A stretch of DNA of 46,200 nucleotides, taken from Chlamydiia bacterium (GTDB lineage: Bacteria > Chlamydiota > Chlamydiia > Chlamydiales > JBMOFD01). Below, one piece after another: positions 1 through 9,947 of the stretch. The notes below the pieces were generated by a model. It saw only the letters and a list, made by a program, of their open reading frames with translations. It was not told the DNA's origin and made no database searches. Position 1 is the stretch's first letter; every line of letters begins with the position of its first letter. The position numbers and the translations under genes are program-made. The stretch spans positions 1 through 46,200 of the forward strand of contig JBMOFD010000003.1 in the NCBI GenBank assembly GCA_049314435.1, given 5' to 3'.

Positions 1-315
1 GTGCTTCGGGTGACTGTACGCGATGGCGTCAATACCTATGAAGCTGATCTGGTTCGGGACGAAGGAACCGCATCGGCCTCCCTTACACCCGGTGAACCAA
101 CTTCTGTGCTGCTCGTGATCGGGGACACGACAGAGAATGACCGCAAGATGGTGCGCTTGGTGCCTCTTACAGAGATGAGGAAAACGCTGTGCGAGCTCCA
201 GAGCGTTGAGGATCTGCCGGAGCAGCTCAAGCAATTCTGCTCGGAAATCCGCCAGATGCAACGGCGTCAGGCGTGCGCAAGAGCAGCGGCCGCGTCAAGA
301 CGGCAGCAGGTCTAG
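1..315 (+). CDS. Hypothetical protein, probably the 3' part of a gene starting before the window
   Basis: ORF open from base 1 to TAG at 313-315, followed by a strong hairpin; no recognisable motif. Confidence 0.55.
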   Translation: MLRVTVRDGVNTYEADLVRDEGTASASLTPGEPTSVLLVIGDTTENDRKMVRLVPLTEMRKTLCELQSVEDLPEQLKQFCSEIRQMQRRQACARAAAASRRQQV

Positions 316-355
316 ATAGGCTGAAGCTGCTCAGGCGCTAGCGCCGTGAAAATAG

Positions 356-396
356 AAACGCCGCTAAGAGGGAGACCTCTTAGCGGCGTTTTGTTT
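356..396. terminator. Probable bidirectional intrinsic terminator between ORF 1-315 and rpsJ
   Basis: Perfect 16-bp inverted repeat AAACGCCGCTAAGAGG-GAGA-CCTCTTAGCGGCGTTT with T-rich and A-rich flanks, between convergent genes. Confidence 0.85.
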
Positions 397-421
397 GCCT
401 CGTGGCTTCCCAGAGGTTGGA

Positions 422-742
422 TTAGGCAGCAGCGACTTTGATGTCGACGCCAGCAGGCAGATTGAGCGTCTTCAACGCATCGATCGTCTTGCTGGTTGGC
501 TCCATCAGATCGAGCATGCGCTTATGTGTGCGCATCTCGAACTGTTCACGTGACTTGCGGTCAACGTGAGGGGAGCGGAGTACCGTGTAGATCTCCCGTT
601 CTGTAGGGAGAGGCACGGGGCCCACAACGCGAGCGCCAGTGCGCTTTGCGGTTTCCACGATGTCGTGGACGGCACGATCAAGTAATCTCTGATCGTACCC
701 TTTGAGGCGGATGCGAATCCGCTTACGTTCGGTTTTTGCCAT
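422..742 (-). CDS. rpsJ: 30S ribosomal protein S10
   Basis: [39 protein letters not shown] motifs; follows fusA as in Chlamydia. Confidence 0.98.
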   Translation of the reverse strand: MAKTERKRIRIRLKGYDQRLLDRAVHDIVETAKRTGARVVGPVPLPTEREIYTVLRSPHVDRKSREQFEMRTHKRMLDLMEPTSKTIDALKTLNLPAGVDIKVAAA

Positions 743-751
743 GGATGGTTC

Positions 752-2839
752 CTACTTTTTGCAAATCTCTTCTTGGATTTTAGTTGGAACCCGCTCGAAG
801 TGAGACGGTTCCATGGTGTAACTTGCTCGCCCAGAGCTCAGTGAACGCAGCTGTGTGCTGTATCCAAACATTTCGCTCAATGGCACTTCGGCGTCGACTT
901 GGGTAAGGTTCTTACCAGTCTCTTGCCCTAAGATCTTCCCGCGACGACGGTTCAAGTCGCCAATCACATCACCCAAGGCTGTCTCAGGAGTTGTGACCAC
1001 AACTTTCATGATCGGTTCAAGGATCACGGGCTTGCACTTACGTGCAGCCTCTTTAACCGCCATGCTGCCGCAGATCCTAAAGGCAATTTCGCTGGAGTCC
1101 ACTTCGTGGTAGCTCCCGAAGGTGATGGTGACCTTGCAGTCGACTAGGCTGTATCCAGCCAAGACGCCTGTATTCAACCCATCTTCAACGCCCTTGATGA
1201 CCGCTGGGATGTATTCCTTAGGAATGACACCACCGACGATCTTGTTGATGATTTCGTTGCCCTTACCGATTTCATTCGGCTCGATATTCAGGCAAACGTG
1301 CGCATATTGACCACGGCCACCGCTCTGCTTGATGAACTTCGTCTCAGCAGATCCAGCTTGCGAAATCGTTTCTTTGTAGGCGACTTCAGGCTTCCCGACG
1401 TTGGCGTCGACGCTGAACTCACGCAACATACGGTCGCGCAGGATCTCCAGGTGAAGCTCACCCATCCCTGCAATGATCGTCTGTCCCGTCTCTTGGTTCG
1501 TTGTCACGCGGAAGGTGGGATCCTCTTCGCTCAAACTACTGAGTGCCATCGCCAGCTTCTCACGATCAGCCTTTGACTTTGGCTCAATGGCCATGCTGAT
1601 CACTGTCTCTGGGAACTCAATCTTTTCTAGCAAGACAGGGAAGCTCTCATCGCAGAGAGTATCGCCCGTCGATGTGTTCTTTAGCCCGATCACCCCAGCA
1701 ATGTCGCCCGAGTAAAACTCATCGCGGTCTTCACGATGGTTCGCATGGATCGCAACCAAACGGCTAATGCGCTCGCGCTTGTCCTTAGTTGTATTGAGTA
1801 CGGCACAGCCCTTTTTCAGGGTCCCGCAGTAAACACGTACATAGGTCAAACGTCCCACATAGGGGTCGGTCATGATCTTATAGGCAAGGGCAGCCATCGG
1901 CAGACTATCATCCGGAGCCAGGACGATCGCATCACCGTTGTCTGGATCCATCGCCTTAATTGGAGGACGGTCTAGCGGGCTAGGCAGCCAAGCAATCACA
2001 GCATCCAGCAGTTGCTGAACGCCCTTGTTCTTGAAGGCAGAGCCACATAGAACAGGCGTGATGCGCATCTCCACAACACCCTTGCGGAGCTTAGCGTTGA
2101 CTTCCTCGACCGTAAGAGCCGAAGGATTCTCTAGAACTTTCGACATGAAGGCATCGTCCGACTCGTCGATCGTAGCGAGCTCTTCGAGCAGGTGTGCTCG
2201 AGCAGCGTTCACTTCGTCGATCATGTCGGCTGGGATCTCCGTCTCAATGAAACGCATCCCTTTGCTCTCTTCGTCGAAGAGGAAGCCCTTCATCTGCACG
2301 AGGTCCACGAGTCCGCGGAGATTGCTCTCGCAACCGATCGGCAGTTGAACCGGGATCGCATTGGCCCCAAGCTTCTCACGCATGCTGGCGACAGCCGCAT
2401 TGAAGTCAGCCCCTGTGCGGTCCATCTTGTTAACAAAGGCCAGACGAGGCACGCGGTAACGGTCCGCTTGACGCCATACCGTTTCCGATTGAGGCTGCAC
2501 TCCAGCCACTCCGCAGAACACGGCTACCGCACCATCCAAGACGCGAAGACTGCGCTCCACCTCAACGGTAAAGTCAACGTGTCCGGGCGTATCGATGATG
2601 TTGATCTTGCAGTCGTGCCAATAAACGGTGGTAGCAGCAGAGGTGATGGTGATCCCACGCTCCTGCTCCTGTACCATCCAGTCCATTGTAGAAGCCCCTT
2701 CGTGGACCTCCCCAATCTTGTGGATGACGCCTGCGTAGTAGAGGATCCGCTCGGTCGTTGTGGTCTTCCCAGCATCGATGTGCGCCATGATCCCAATGTT
2801 ACGCACATTCGTGAGTTTGTCTTTTTCAGAACGGGGCAT
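752..2839 (-). CDS. fusA: Elongation factor G
   Basis: [40 protein letters not shown]; 695 aa. Confidence 0.99.
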   Translation of the reverse strand: MPRSEKDKLTNVRNIGIMAHIDAGKTTTTERILYYAGVIHKIGEVHEGASTMDWMVQEQERGITITSAATTVYWHDCKINIIDTPGHVDFTVEVERSLRVLDGAVAVFCGVAGVQPQSETVWRQADRYRVPRLAFVNKMDRTGADFNAAVASMREKLGANAIPVQLPIGCESNLRGLVDLVQMKGFLFDEESKGMRFIETEIPADMIDEVNAARAHLLEELATIDESDDAFMSKVLENPSALTVEEVNAKLRKGVVEMRITPVLCGSAFKNKGVQQLLDAVIAWLPSPLDRPPIKAMDPDNGDAIVLAPDDSLPMAALAYKIMTDPYVGRLTYVRVYCGTLKKGCAVLNTTKDKRERISRLVAIHANHREDRDEFYSGDIAGVIGLKNTSTGDTLCDESFPVLLEKIEFPETVISMAIEPKSKADREKLAMALSSLSEEDPTFRVTTNQETGQTIIAGMGELHLEILRDRMLREFSVDANVGKPEVAYKETISQAGSAETKFIKQSGGRGQYAHVCLNIEPNEIGKGNEIINKIVGGVIPKEYIPAVIKGVEDGLNTGVLAGYSLVDCKVTITFGSYHEVDSSEIAFRICGSMAVKEAARKCKPVILEPIMKVVVTTPETALGDVIGDLNRRRGKILGQETGKNLTQVDAEVPLSEMFGYSTQLRSLSSGRASYTMEPSHFERVPTKIQEEICKK

Positions 2840-2848
2840 GTTACAACC

Positions 2849-3322
2849 TTACCACTTGAAGTGAGCAAACGCTTTGTTTGCTTCTGCCATGCGGTGCATG
2901 TCCTCTTTCTTCTTCACAGAGGAACCTTGGTTGTTGAAGCAGTCTGACAGTTCGCCCGCCAAAGCTTCTAACATGGGCTTGCCGGCCTTGGCGCGGCTGA
3001 AGTTAATGATCCATTTGCAGGCCATCCCTAGGCGGCGATCAGGAGCGATCTCCACAGGAACTTGGTAGGTCGCACCACCGACGCGGCGGCTCTTGACTTC
3101 CAGTTGAGGTTTGCAGTTCTCAATCGCCGTTTCAAAGGCTTCGAGAGGATGCTCCGCTTTCACTCGCTGTGAAAAGAGCTCAATGGCTCCATACACAATC
3201 GTGCGAGCCACGGATTTCTTTCCGCCAATCATGAGGCGGTTGATGAACTTGGTTACGAGGATACTGTTGTAGACCGGATCGGCCTCTACAGTACGCTTCG
3301 TTGCACGGCGTCTTCTTGACAT
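2849..3322 (-). CDS. rpsG: 30S ribosomal protein S7
   Basis: EVKSRRVGGATYQVPVE, HRMAEANKAFAHF. Confidence 0.99.
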   Translation of the reverse strand: MSRRRRATKRTVEADPVYNSILVTKFINRLMIGGKKSVARTIVYGAIELFSQRVKAEHPLEAFETAIENCKPQLEVKSRRVGGATYQVPVEIAPDRRLGMACKWIINFSRAKAGKPMLEALAGELSDCFNNQGSSVKKKEDMHRMAEANKAFAHFKW

Positions 3323-3329
3323 GGGCTCT

Positions 3330-3480
3330 GTCTTTCATGGTTGAGGTGTTGCACCTTCACTCGACTCAGCCAATGCTGAGCCTGCCCGTGGTCCAGGCAC
3401 TATCAAGTGCCGGGGCCACGAACTAGGAGACCGATCGCGGTTTCCTTGTGTTACTCACGCCCTGTCGGGCATGTGGCGTT
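3330..3480 (-). promoter_or_regulatory. Structured rpsL-rpsG spacer, candidate S7-responsive translational operator
   Basis: 162-nt spacer containing five consecutive hairpins, at the position of the S7 autoregulatory site of the E. coli str operon. Confidence 0.45.
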
Positions 3481-3484
3481 CAAA

Positions 3485-3859
3485 TTATTTCTTAGGACGC
3501 TTAGCGCCATATTTGGAACGGGCTTGTTTGCGATCCTTAACAGGTGCGCAGTCCAAAGCTCCACGTACGATGTGATAGCGCACGCCAGGAAGGTCCTTCA
3601 CGCGGCCGCCACGTACGAGAACGATGCTGTGTTCCTGTAGGTTGTGTCCTTCACCACCGATATAGGCGATGATCTCTTGGTTGTTAGAGAGCCGGACCCA
3701 CGCTACTTTTCGTAGTGCTGAGTTGGGCTTCTTGGGCGTCTTGGTCTTCACTTGAAGACAGACACCACGACGCTGTGGACAGGCTTGAAGCGCAGGGGAT
3801 TTGGTCCTCTTCGTCTTCGCCGTCCGCGGATGTCGAATCAATTGGTTAATTGTAGGCAT
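3485..3859 (-). CDS. rpsL: 30S ribosomal protein S12
   Basis: MPTINQL start (ATG at 3859, not the TTG at 3886), [22 protein letters not shown]. Confidence 0.99.
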   Translation of the reverse strand: MPTINQLIRHPRTAKTKRTKSPALQACPQRRGVCLQVKTKTPKKPNSALRKVAWVRLSNNQEIIAYIGGEGHNLQEHSIVLVRGGRVKDLPGVRYHIVRGALDCAPVKDRKQARSKYGAKRPKK

Positions 3860-3894
3860 TGCTGCTTGCGCCTTCTTTATTGGCAAAGGCGATC

Positions 3895-3923
3895 ATTATG
3901 AGCATCTTGCAGTTTGTTGCCAA
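3895..3923 (-). promoter_or_regulatory. Sigma66-type promoter of the rpsL-rpsG-fusA-rpsJ operon
   Basis: TTGGCA-17 bp-CATAAT on the minus strand, about 35 nt upstream of the rpsL ATG. Confidence 0.6.
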
Positions 3924-4158
3924 ATCGGGCGGAGGGACGGCTGCTTCAGTAACGCAAAGAGTGGGCAGCCAAGGAGAGCAGGACTTGGTTAGGCCGGGCG
4001 CGGAGTAAGGAAGAATAGGGGAAAGGGCCGGTGATTTTCAAGGTGTCTGATAGAGGGACCCATGGACCAGTCAGGCGAAGTGAAAATATTAATATTTTGT
4101 TTATCGGGGAGTTGAAGTCGGCAGACAAAGTAGAGGAGTGGCAGCTGGACTTTTCGTG

Positions 4159-4497
4159 CTAGGCATGGAAGATCACGAGAATTTCCCCCATATTGGGCAC
4201 CTCCGACCATAGGAAGTCAGAGTTGTCGAGATCGAATGGGACGGGTGTCCTGTCAGAATCCAGTACGCCGACGGTCTTGCGGCGGCTCCACAAGGTGGTC
4301 CAATCCAAGGCTCTGTCGATCTGTTGGAGCCGGCTAGCCTCTAAAGAGCGGAACTCGTCAAAGGCCAGTTTGCACACCTCGTGACAGCGAGAGGTTGCAT
4401 TGAGGCTGGTCCAGGTAGATCCAAGTCGCTCTTGGAAAAGACCATCGATGCTATAGAAGGTGACCTCTGTCCAGGCCCAGCTGTTGACGATGGCCAT
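4159..4497 (-). CDS. Hypothetical protein downstream of scpB
   Basis: About 112-aa ORF abutting the scpB stop (ATG at 4497, or TTG at 4503 overlapping the TGA); no motif recognised. Confidence 0.55.
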   Translation of the reverse strand: MAIVNSWAWTEVTFYSIDGLFQERLGSTWTSLNATSRCHEVCKLAFDEFRSLEASRLQQIDRALDWTTLWSRRKTVGVLDSDRTPVPFDLDNSDFLWSEVPNMGEILVIFHA

Positions 4498-4499
4498 CG

Positions 4500-5078
4500 T
4501 CAAATCGACGGCTCCGATATTCCCTCAGACTGGGGAAGGAGCTCAGCTAGGTCACGTAAGCCAAATTGCTGTAAGAAGGCCTTCGTTGTGGCCAATAGAG
4601 CCGGGCGACCAGGCTTGTCGGCACGTCCGGTGACCTCAATCAAATGCCGTTCCAGCAGAGCGGTAACAGCATAGCTGCTATCTACACCGCGAATGGCATC
4701 GATCTGACTTCGGGTCACCGGCTGACGGTAAGCGACGATGGCCAGGACCTCCAGCTGAGAGGGGCCGAGGCGATCGGCGCGCCGTGAGGAGGAGCGACTC
4801 AAATAGAGGCCCAGAGCAGCGCGCGTTCGCATCAGATAGCCGCCCGCCATCTCGACGATTTCGAGAGCGGAATTGCGCAGAGCGAGCTCTTCAGAGAGCT
4901 CGCGCAATAGCTGCACGATCCACTCCGGTGGAGCGTCGCCGAGCTCTCGGAGAGGTTGGGCGCACTGCTCCAGAGTTAGGGCCGTGGGCGAGCTAAAGAG
5001 CAGCCCTTCAAGGATTTGTTTGGCCAGCTGTCGCTGGCGTGCGGCCTCTTCGAGGGCGCTGGCTAGATTGAGTTGCAT
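4500..5078 (-). CDS. scpB: SMC-Scp complex subunit ScpB
   Basis: ILEGLLF, LEVLAIVAYRQPVTRSQIDAIRGV, PGRPALLATTKAFLQQFGL. Confidence 0.95.
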   Translation of the reverse strand: MQLNLASALEEAARQRQLAKQILEGLLFSSPTALTLEQCAQPLRELGDAPPEWIVQLLRELSEELALRNSALEIVEMAGGYLMRTRAALGLYLSRSSSRRADRLGPSQLEVLAIVAYRQPVTRSQIDAIRGVDSSYAVTALLERHLIEVTGRADKPGRPALLATTKAFLQQFGLRDLAELLPQSEGISEPSI

Positions 5079-5871
5079 GTTCAGTGGCCGTGAGCCAGTA
5101 AGGGTCTGTAGGTTGAGAGGGGTCTTGCCGCACTTGAGCCGATCCGCGGCGCATCAGCTCCAGGATCGCTAAAAAGAGCACGATGCGACCTCCTCTAGAA
5201 GGAGTTTGTTGAAACAACAGCAGAAGAGACTGGGTCCCTTCTGTAAGGAGAGCCTCCATGAGTGTGCGCACCACATCGCTCAGCCGAATCGGCTCGTCAT
5301 GGATCTTGGATCGCTCGGGAGGGGTCTTTGCCATCAGCTGAGCAAAAAGGCCTCGCAGCTCATCGGCATCGAGAGCAAGTAGAGGAGTGGGCTCGGCCGT
5401 GCCTTCAGGCGGCTCGATCTGCGATGGACGTACGTAGTGCAGAGCTTGCTGCCGTTCCAGCTCGACAAGACGCTCCGTCGCGCTCTTGAGGTGGCAGTAA
5501 TGCACAAGATGCTCAAGGAGCTCTGTAGACGGAATCCAGAACTGGTCGATGGACTCCTCTTCTGTGCCCTGCTGGAGGAGCGCCCGGCTCTTGATCAACA
5601 GGAGAGTCGCCGAGAGTGCCAGCATATCAGCGCTGATATCCACTTCGATGCGAGGCCGCTCAGCGCGAGCCACGGTGTACTGGCGCAGGATCTCCAGCAG
5701 CTGGACGCGGTAGACATCGACTTCACGTCGCTGCACAAGGGCCAGGAGAACCTCTAGAGGCCCCTCAAACTGATCCAGGTGAAAGGTGTAGGGGGTGAGA
5801 GACAAAGCCGGCGCTCCCACTCGACGTAGCGCTTCCATCGGACGCGCTGCTGCTGGTGGGTCATCGGCCAT
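5008..5871 (-). CDS. scpA: Segregation and condensation protein A (kleisin)
   Basis: FEGPLEVLLALV, LLLIKSRALL, IVLFLAILELMR; directly upstream of scpB. Confidence 0.93.
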   Translation of the reverse strand: MADDPPAAARPMEALRRVGAPALSLTPYTFHLDQFEGPLEVLLALVQRREVDVYRVQLLEILRQYTVARAERPRIEVDISADMLALSATLLLIKSRALLQQGTEEESIDQFWIPSTELLEHLVHYCHLKSATERLVELERQQALHYVRPSQIEPPEGTAEPTPLLALDADELRGLFAQLMAKTPPERSKIHDEPIRLSDVVRTLMEALLTEGTQSLLLLFQQTPSRGGRIVLFLAILELMRRGSAQVRQDPSQPTDPYWLTATEHATQSSQRPRRGRTPATAGQTNP

Positions 5872-6052
5872 GTGACAAGCTCTCTCTCAGATCTCTATGG
5901 AGCGTACTGTCCCTGGAACTATCCTGCAATCCATTAGGACCTGCTTGGATTCAGGAAATGAATATGAGAAAGAATTTCCGAGATAACCTGCCTCAGCTCA
6001 ATCAGGTCCCGGTCAAGAGAGGATAAGCAGGGTTGCTCTACTTCGGTTCATC

Positions 6053-6670
6053 TCACTGCCCAGCAACCAGTGGTTCAAGAATGTCTCTCATCACATGGTC
6101 TACCCGGAATAGTTTAGCATACCTGAACAACAGGTCGAGTCTAGGGCCCCTGCGTCGCCAGTACATATTGAGGGCTTCTAGAACAACGTCCTGGCCGATT
6201 TTGTTGCGAAATTTGACGCAGTCAACAAGCGTTTTTTCGATGTCAAAAACTCTAATAGTGCAGCCATCGATTAGATGTTCCACGACCCCTGTTTCAAGAA
6301 GGGTCTTGCCGTACCAGAAGTGACGCATGGGTGGATGAGAAAGCGATGGCCTGTGCCCCTTTGCAGGCATGGCAACGTAGATAGAGTGGGGTATCTGGGT
6401 GGTGAGTTCATGGAAAGACAAAGCGGAGATCAGGCAAATGATCCCCTTAGGAATCCTCTTAGTTACCGTGATAAAATCAGGCGAGAAGGGTGCTGGCATG
6501 TCGGTCAGTCGGAATAGGCCTCGGTTTAGGACCTCTAAGTCGCCTCTATCTCGAAGAGCATAGAGTTCTCGCCGGTGAATCCCAAGAGCTAGGGCTTCAG
6601 ACATCATGAGGGTTCCTCCCGCCGTCCGGAAAGTCGAGGTGGCCAGATCAAGTTTGGACTTTTTCTCCAC
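6053..6670 (-). CDS. Type IV toxin-antitoxin AbiEi-family antitoxin / transcriptional regulator (no toxin adjacent)
   Basis: N-terminal wHTH-like segment ending RGLFRL, then ICLISALSFHELTTQIP, EKTLVDCVKFRNKIG, LFRYAKLFRV; GTG start. Confidence 0.85.
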   Translation of the reverse strand: MEKKSKLDLATSTFRTAGGTLMMSEALALGIHRRELYALRDRGDLEVLNRGLFRLTDMPAPFSPDFITVTKRIPKGIICLISALSFHELTTQIPHSIYVAMPAKGHRPSLSHPPMRHFWYGKTLLETGVVEHLIDGCTIRVFDIEKTLVDCVKFRNKIGQDVVLEALNMYWRRRGPRLDLLFRYAKLFRVDHVMRDILEPLVAGQ

Positions 6671-6735
6671 GGTACAAATCCTCGGACTAAACTAGTGATG
6701 TCCGCGAATTTGTACCAAATTAGAAGCACTGTCAA
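6671..6735 (-). promoter_or_regulatory. Promoter and inverted-repeat operator of the AbiEi-like gene
   Basis: Imperfect IR GGTACAAATCCTCGGAC (6671-6687) / GTCCGCGAATTTGTACC (6700-6716) next to the start codon; exact TTGACA on the minus strand at 6730-6735. Confidence 0.65.
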
Positions 6736-7038
6736 ATGCACGGTGGCAATTCAGTCACTCAGCCGTGCCGCACTTGCCTTCAAGGAGCTCCAGCTTTTTG
6801 GTGCTTCTGTAAGGGGCTAGGGCAGTTTATGGGGCCCTAAATGACCCTGGGCGCAGGTTCTGGTGGGCGGCCAATCGGAGAGCCAAGCTCGCATGCGTGA
6901 CTTTAACCAGACCTGGAGAGGTTGCTGTGGTAAGCTCCAGACGGTGCCGCGTTTCCCAATAGAAAAAAAACGAAGAGTCGCGTAACCTTGTTGGGACCGA
7001 CATGGAGCGCAGGCTTTCTGTTGGTCGAAGGAACACGT

Positions 7039-7125
7039 GGAAAGATGGCTGAGCGGCCGAAGGCACGTCCCTGCTAAGGACGCGTACCCTTACGGGTACC
7101 GAGGGTTCAAATCCCTCTCTTTCCG
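7039..7125 (+). tRNA. tRNA-Ser(GCT)
   Basis: Acceptor GGAAAGA/TCTTTCC, anticodon arm CGTCC-CTGCTAA-GGACG, long variable arm GTACCC-TTAC-GGGTAC, T arm GAGGG-TTCAAAT-CCCTC; CCA not encoded. Confidence 0.97.
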
Positions 7126-7166
7126 ACTTCTTCTTGGCGCCCTATACTCCGGAAAGAGTATAGGCC

Positions 7167-7763
7167 ATGCTTGATCAAATTCTCGATTACATCATTCCGT
7201 TTGTCCAGCACCACGGCTATTGGCTCGTGGGAGCTATTCTTCTCCTTGAGAACATGGGCATACCCTTGCCAGGTGAATTGGTTCTCATCAGCTCAGGCCT
7301 TCTAGCTTTTGAAGGGCATCTTAACATCTGGTTGATTGCCATGTGGGCGATCATTGGTGCTGTTGTGGGGGACAACTGCGGCTATTGGCTAGGGAAGTAT
7401 TACGGAGCCCGGATCATCAATGCGTACTGTCGCTGGTTCAAGGTTCATCGCGACCGACAGGAGAGAGTGCAGGAGCTCTTTCTGCGCTACAGTGGATGGA
7501 TGGTCTTTCTAGGCCGTTTTGTGGCTCTACTCCGCATGTTTGCGGGCCCACTGGCTGGTGTGATGGGTATGTCTTGGAAGCGATTTCTTGTTTGCAATAC
7601 GGCAGGTGCGGTGATCTGGGTAGCCTGTATCCTAGGCGGAAGCTACATCTTTGGGGCTCATGTTCGGGATATCGTGCAGACGATCGGCATCTGGGGCATG
7701 GTCGCGGCCGTTGCAGCCGTCTTCTATATCAAACTACGTGTGACCCAGTCGCTGATGAAGTAA
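7167..7763 (+). CDS. DedA family membrane protein
   Basis: LENMGIPLPGE, GAVVGDNCGYWLG, VFLGRFVALLR, GMSWKRFLVCN. Confidence 0.93.
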   Translation: MLDQILDYIIPFVQHHGYWLVGAILLLENMGIPLPGELVLISSGLLAFEGHLNIWLIAMWAIIGAVVGDNCGYWLGKYYGARIINAYCRWFKVHRDRQERVQELFLRYSGWMVFLGRFVALLRMFAGPLAGVMGMSWKRFLVCNTAGAVIWVACILGGSYIFGAHVRDIVQTIGIWGMVAAVAAVFYIKLRVTQSLMK

Positions 7764-7791
7764 GAAGGGAACTGAGTCGGCGTATCCAGAG

Positions 7792-7832
7792 AGGGGGACG
7801 AAGTCCCCCTGCGGGGTAGGGAGCAGAGCCCC
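7792..7832 (+). repeat. Dispersed double-hairpin (REP-like) element, copy A
   Basis: AGGGGGAC-GAA-GTCCCCCT, linker GCGGGGTAG, GGAGC-AGA-GCCCC; just past the rho stop codon. Confidence 0.7.
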
Positions 7833-7840
7833 CCCACACC

Positions 7841-9346
7841 TTAGTCCTTCATGCTGAGAAGGAATTCGATGTTGTTGCTGGTCTTCTTCAGACGAGAGAG
7901 AAGAAGGTTGAGCGCGTCTGCTGGGGCCAAGTCGGCTGTGGCTTGACGCAGCACATAGATCTTATCCAACTCTTCTGGATGGTAGAGAAGCTCTTCCTTA
8001 CGTGTTCCAGACTTGACGAGGTCAATGGCTGGGTACATGCGTCGGTCAGCAAGACGCCGATCCAATACGAGTTCCATGTTACCCGTTCCCTTGAACTCCT
8101 CGAAGATCACCTCGTCCATACGAGAGCCCGTATCGATCAGCGCGGTCGCGATGATCGTAAGGGATCCGCCATGGTCGATGTTCCTTGCAGCCCCAAAGAA
8201 ACGCTTAGGTTTGTGGAGAGCATTCGCATCCACACCACCCGTTAGGATCTTGCCACTGTGAGGTTGTACGGTGTTGTAAGCGCGAGCCAAGCGTGTGATG
8301 CTATCGAGCAGGATGACGACGTCGTGGCCATATTCGACCAGACGGCGCGCCTTCTCGATCACCATCTCGGCGACTTGAACGTGGCGTTCGGGGGGCTCAT
8401 CAAAGGTAGAGGCCACCACTTCGCCGGTCTTCACCAGACGGCGCATCTCTGTGACTTCCTCGGGACGCTCGTCGATGAGCAGCACGATGAGGTAGCACTC
8501 GGGATTGTTCACCGCGATGGAGTTCGCGACGTTCTGCATGATGATGGTCTTCCCGGTACGGGGAGGAGCCACGATCAGGCCGCGTTGCCCTTTACCGATC
8601 GGGGCAGCTAGATCCAGCACGCGCGCTGAGAGATTGTCCCTTGTGGTTTCCATGACCAGTCTCTGGTCGGGGAACTGAGGAACTAGATCCTCAAAGGGTA
8701 CACGCTCTCGTGTGCGGTCTGGCACACAGCCATTCACCGCGTCAACGCGGATCAGGGCAAAGTACTTCTCTTTCTCTTTAGGAGCACGGATGCTACCCAA
8801 CACGGTGTCGCCAGTGCGGAGCTCAAAGCGTCGGATCTGCGCTGGGGAGACGTAGACGTCTTCAGCTGACGGCAGGTAGTTGTACATCGGGCTGCGTAGG
8901 AAGCCGTAGCCATCGGGCAGCTGTTCGAGAACGCCCTCAGATAGAATCGCTTCATTAGGATGTTCCGACTTGAATTTGACGATTTCAAAGACAAGCTGGG
9001 ACTTCGTCATCGAGCCCTGCACCTTCACACCTAGATTGCGAGCAAACAGGTGGATGCTGTCCACATCCATACGCTGAAGATCAGCAATGTTGGTGTACAC
9101 CTCAGGCGTGGCCGACTCTCCAGCCGCTGGCTCCGCACGAGGTGGGGAGTCTCCGCGATCTTGAGGCTCACGAGGTTGTTCGCCTCTTGGCTCTCCTCGA
9201 CGATGGTGATGCTGGTCTCCGCGTGCAGAATAATCCCCGCGAGAGCGATGTTGGCGCTCTCCGCGCTCGGGTCGTTCTTGACGCTGGGGACGCGGCTCTT
9301 CCACAAGGCTCGTTTCAGCCGGTGGTGCGGTCTCTTCGTGGCTCAT
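7841..9346 (-). CDS. rho: Transcription termination factor Rho
   Basis: [60 protein letters not shown]; charged low-complexity N-terminal extension. Confidence 0.99.
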   Translation of the reverse strand: MSHEETAPPAETSLVEEPRPQRQERPERGERQHRSRGDYSARGDQHHHRRGEPRGEQPREPQDRGDSPPRAEPAAGESATPEVYTNIADLQRMDVDSIHLFARNLGVKVQGSMTKSQLVFEIVKFKSEHPNEAILSEGVLEQLPDGYGFLRSPMYNYLPSAEDVYVSPAQIRRFELRTGDTVLGSIRAPKEKEKYFALIRVDAVNGCVPDRTRERVPFEDLVPQFPDQRLVMETTRDNLSARVLDLAAPIGKGQRGLIVAPPRTGKTIIMQNVANSIAVNNPECYLIVLLIDERPEEVTEMRRLVKTGEVVASTFDEPPERHVQVAEMVIEKARRLVEYGHDVVILLDSITRLARAYNTVQPHSGKILTGGVDANALHKPKRFFGAARNIDHGGSLTIIATALIDTGSRMDEVIFEEFKGTGNMELVLDRRLADRRMYPAIDLVKSGTRKEELLYHPEELDKIYVLRQATADLAPADALNLLLSRLKKTSNNIEFLLSMKD

Positions 9347-9947
9347 TGAGATTCTGGGTTAAGTTCCTGTAGAGCAGGTGCGCTGCTTGACGCAGTGCCT
9401 CCCGGTCTCCGGTATTGGAAATGATGATCGACGCTCGACGCGCCTTCTCAGACCGCGCAAGCTGATTTCGCTCGCGTCGATCGAACTCTTCTGTAGAGCC
9501 TCCAGCGGCACAATAACGTGCTCTAGATAGCTCCACTGGCGTATCTATGCAAACCACTTCATCGAATCGAGAGTTCCCTTCTGATTCAAAGAGCAGAGGG
9601 ACCTCAGCGATAAAGAGGCTGTTGGGTGCGCAGGACTGACTTGCGCGCTCTATCTCTTCATACACCATGGGGTGAAGAAGACGCTCCATAGCGACTCTCA
9701 ACTGCGGTTCGCGAAAGATACGGTTAGCGATCGCCTGAACGTCTAGTTCATGGTCTCGAAGAACTTCCGAGCCAAGAAGCTGAACAACCTGTGCTTGAAC
9801 GCGGGAGTCATGAAGAAGATGATGAACAATCTTGTCAGAACTGACTACATGCGCCCCGAGCTTGGCAAGCTCTTCGGCGAACAGGGACTTCCCTGAGGAG
9901 AATCCCCCGGTGATCGCAACTCGCTTCAACTGTAGCACTCCCGCCAA
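9315..9947 (-). CDS. coaE: Dephospho-CoA kinase
   Basis: [12 protein letters not shown]-loop, [12 protein letters not shown]; between polA and rho; start uncertain. Confidence 0.95.
   Translation of the reverse strand: MAGVLQLKRVAITGGFSSGKSLFAEELAKLGAHVVSSDKIVHHLLHDSRVQAQVVQLLGSEVLRDHELDVQAIANRIFREPQLRVAMERLLHPMVYEEIERASQSCAPNSLFIAEVPLLFESEGNSRFDEVVCIDTPVELSRARYCAAGGSTEEFDRRERNQLARSEKARRASIIISNTGDREALRQAAHLLYRNLTQNLNEPRRDRTTG

Noticed and set aside
422..2839. No tuf after fusA, and rpsJ detached from the S10 operon
   Set aside because: This is the normal chlamydial arrangement
2192..2947. Long antisense ORFs such as 2192-2947, 14093-14662, 18228-18809, 27772-28275 and 37913-38401
   Set aside because: They overlap well-supported genes, on the opposite strand or in another frame; shadow ORFs are expected at high GC
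7039..7763. tRNA-Ser as the integration site of an island carrying dedA or abiEi
   Set aside because: No duplicated tRNA 3' end or integrase seen, and abiEi is on the 5' side of the tRNA
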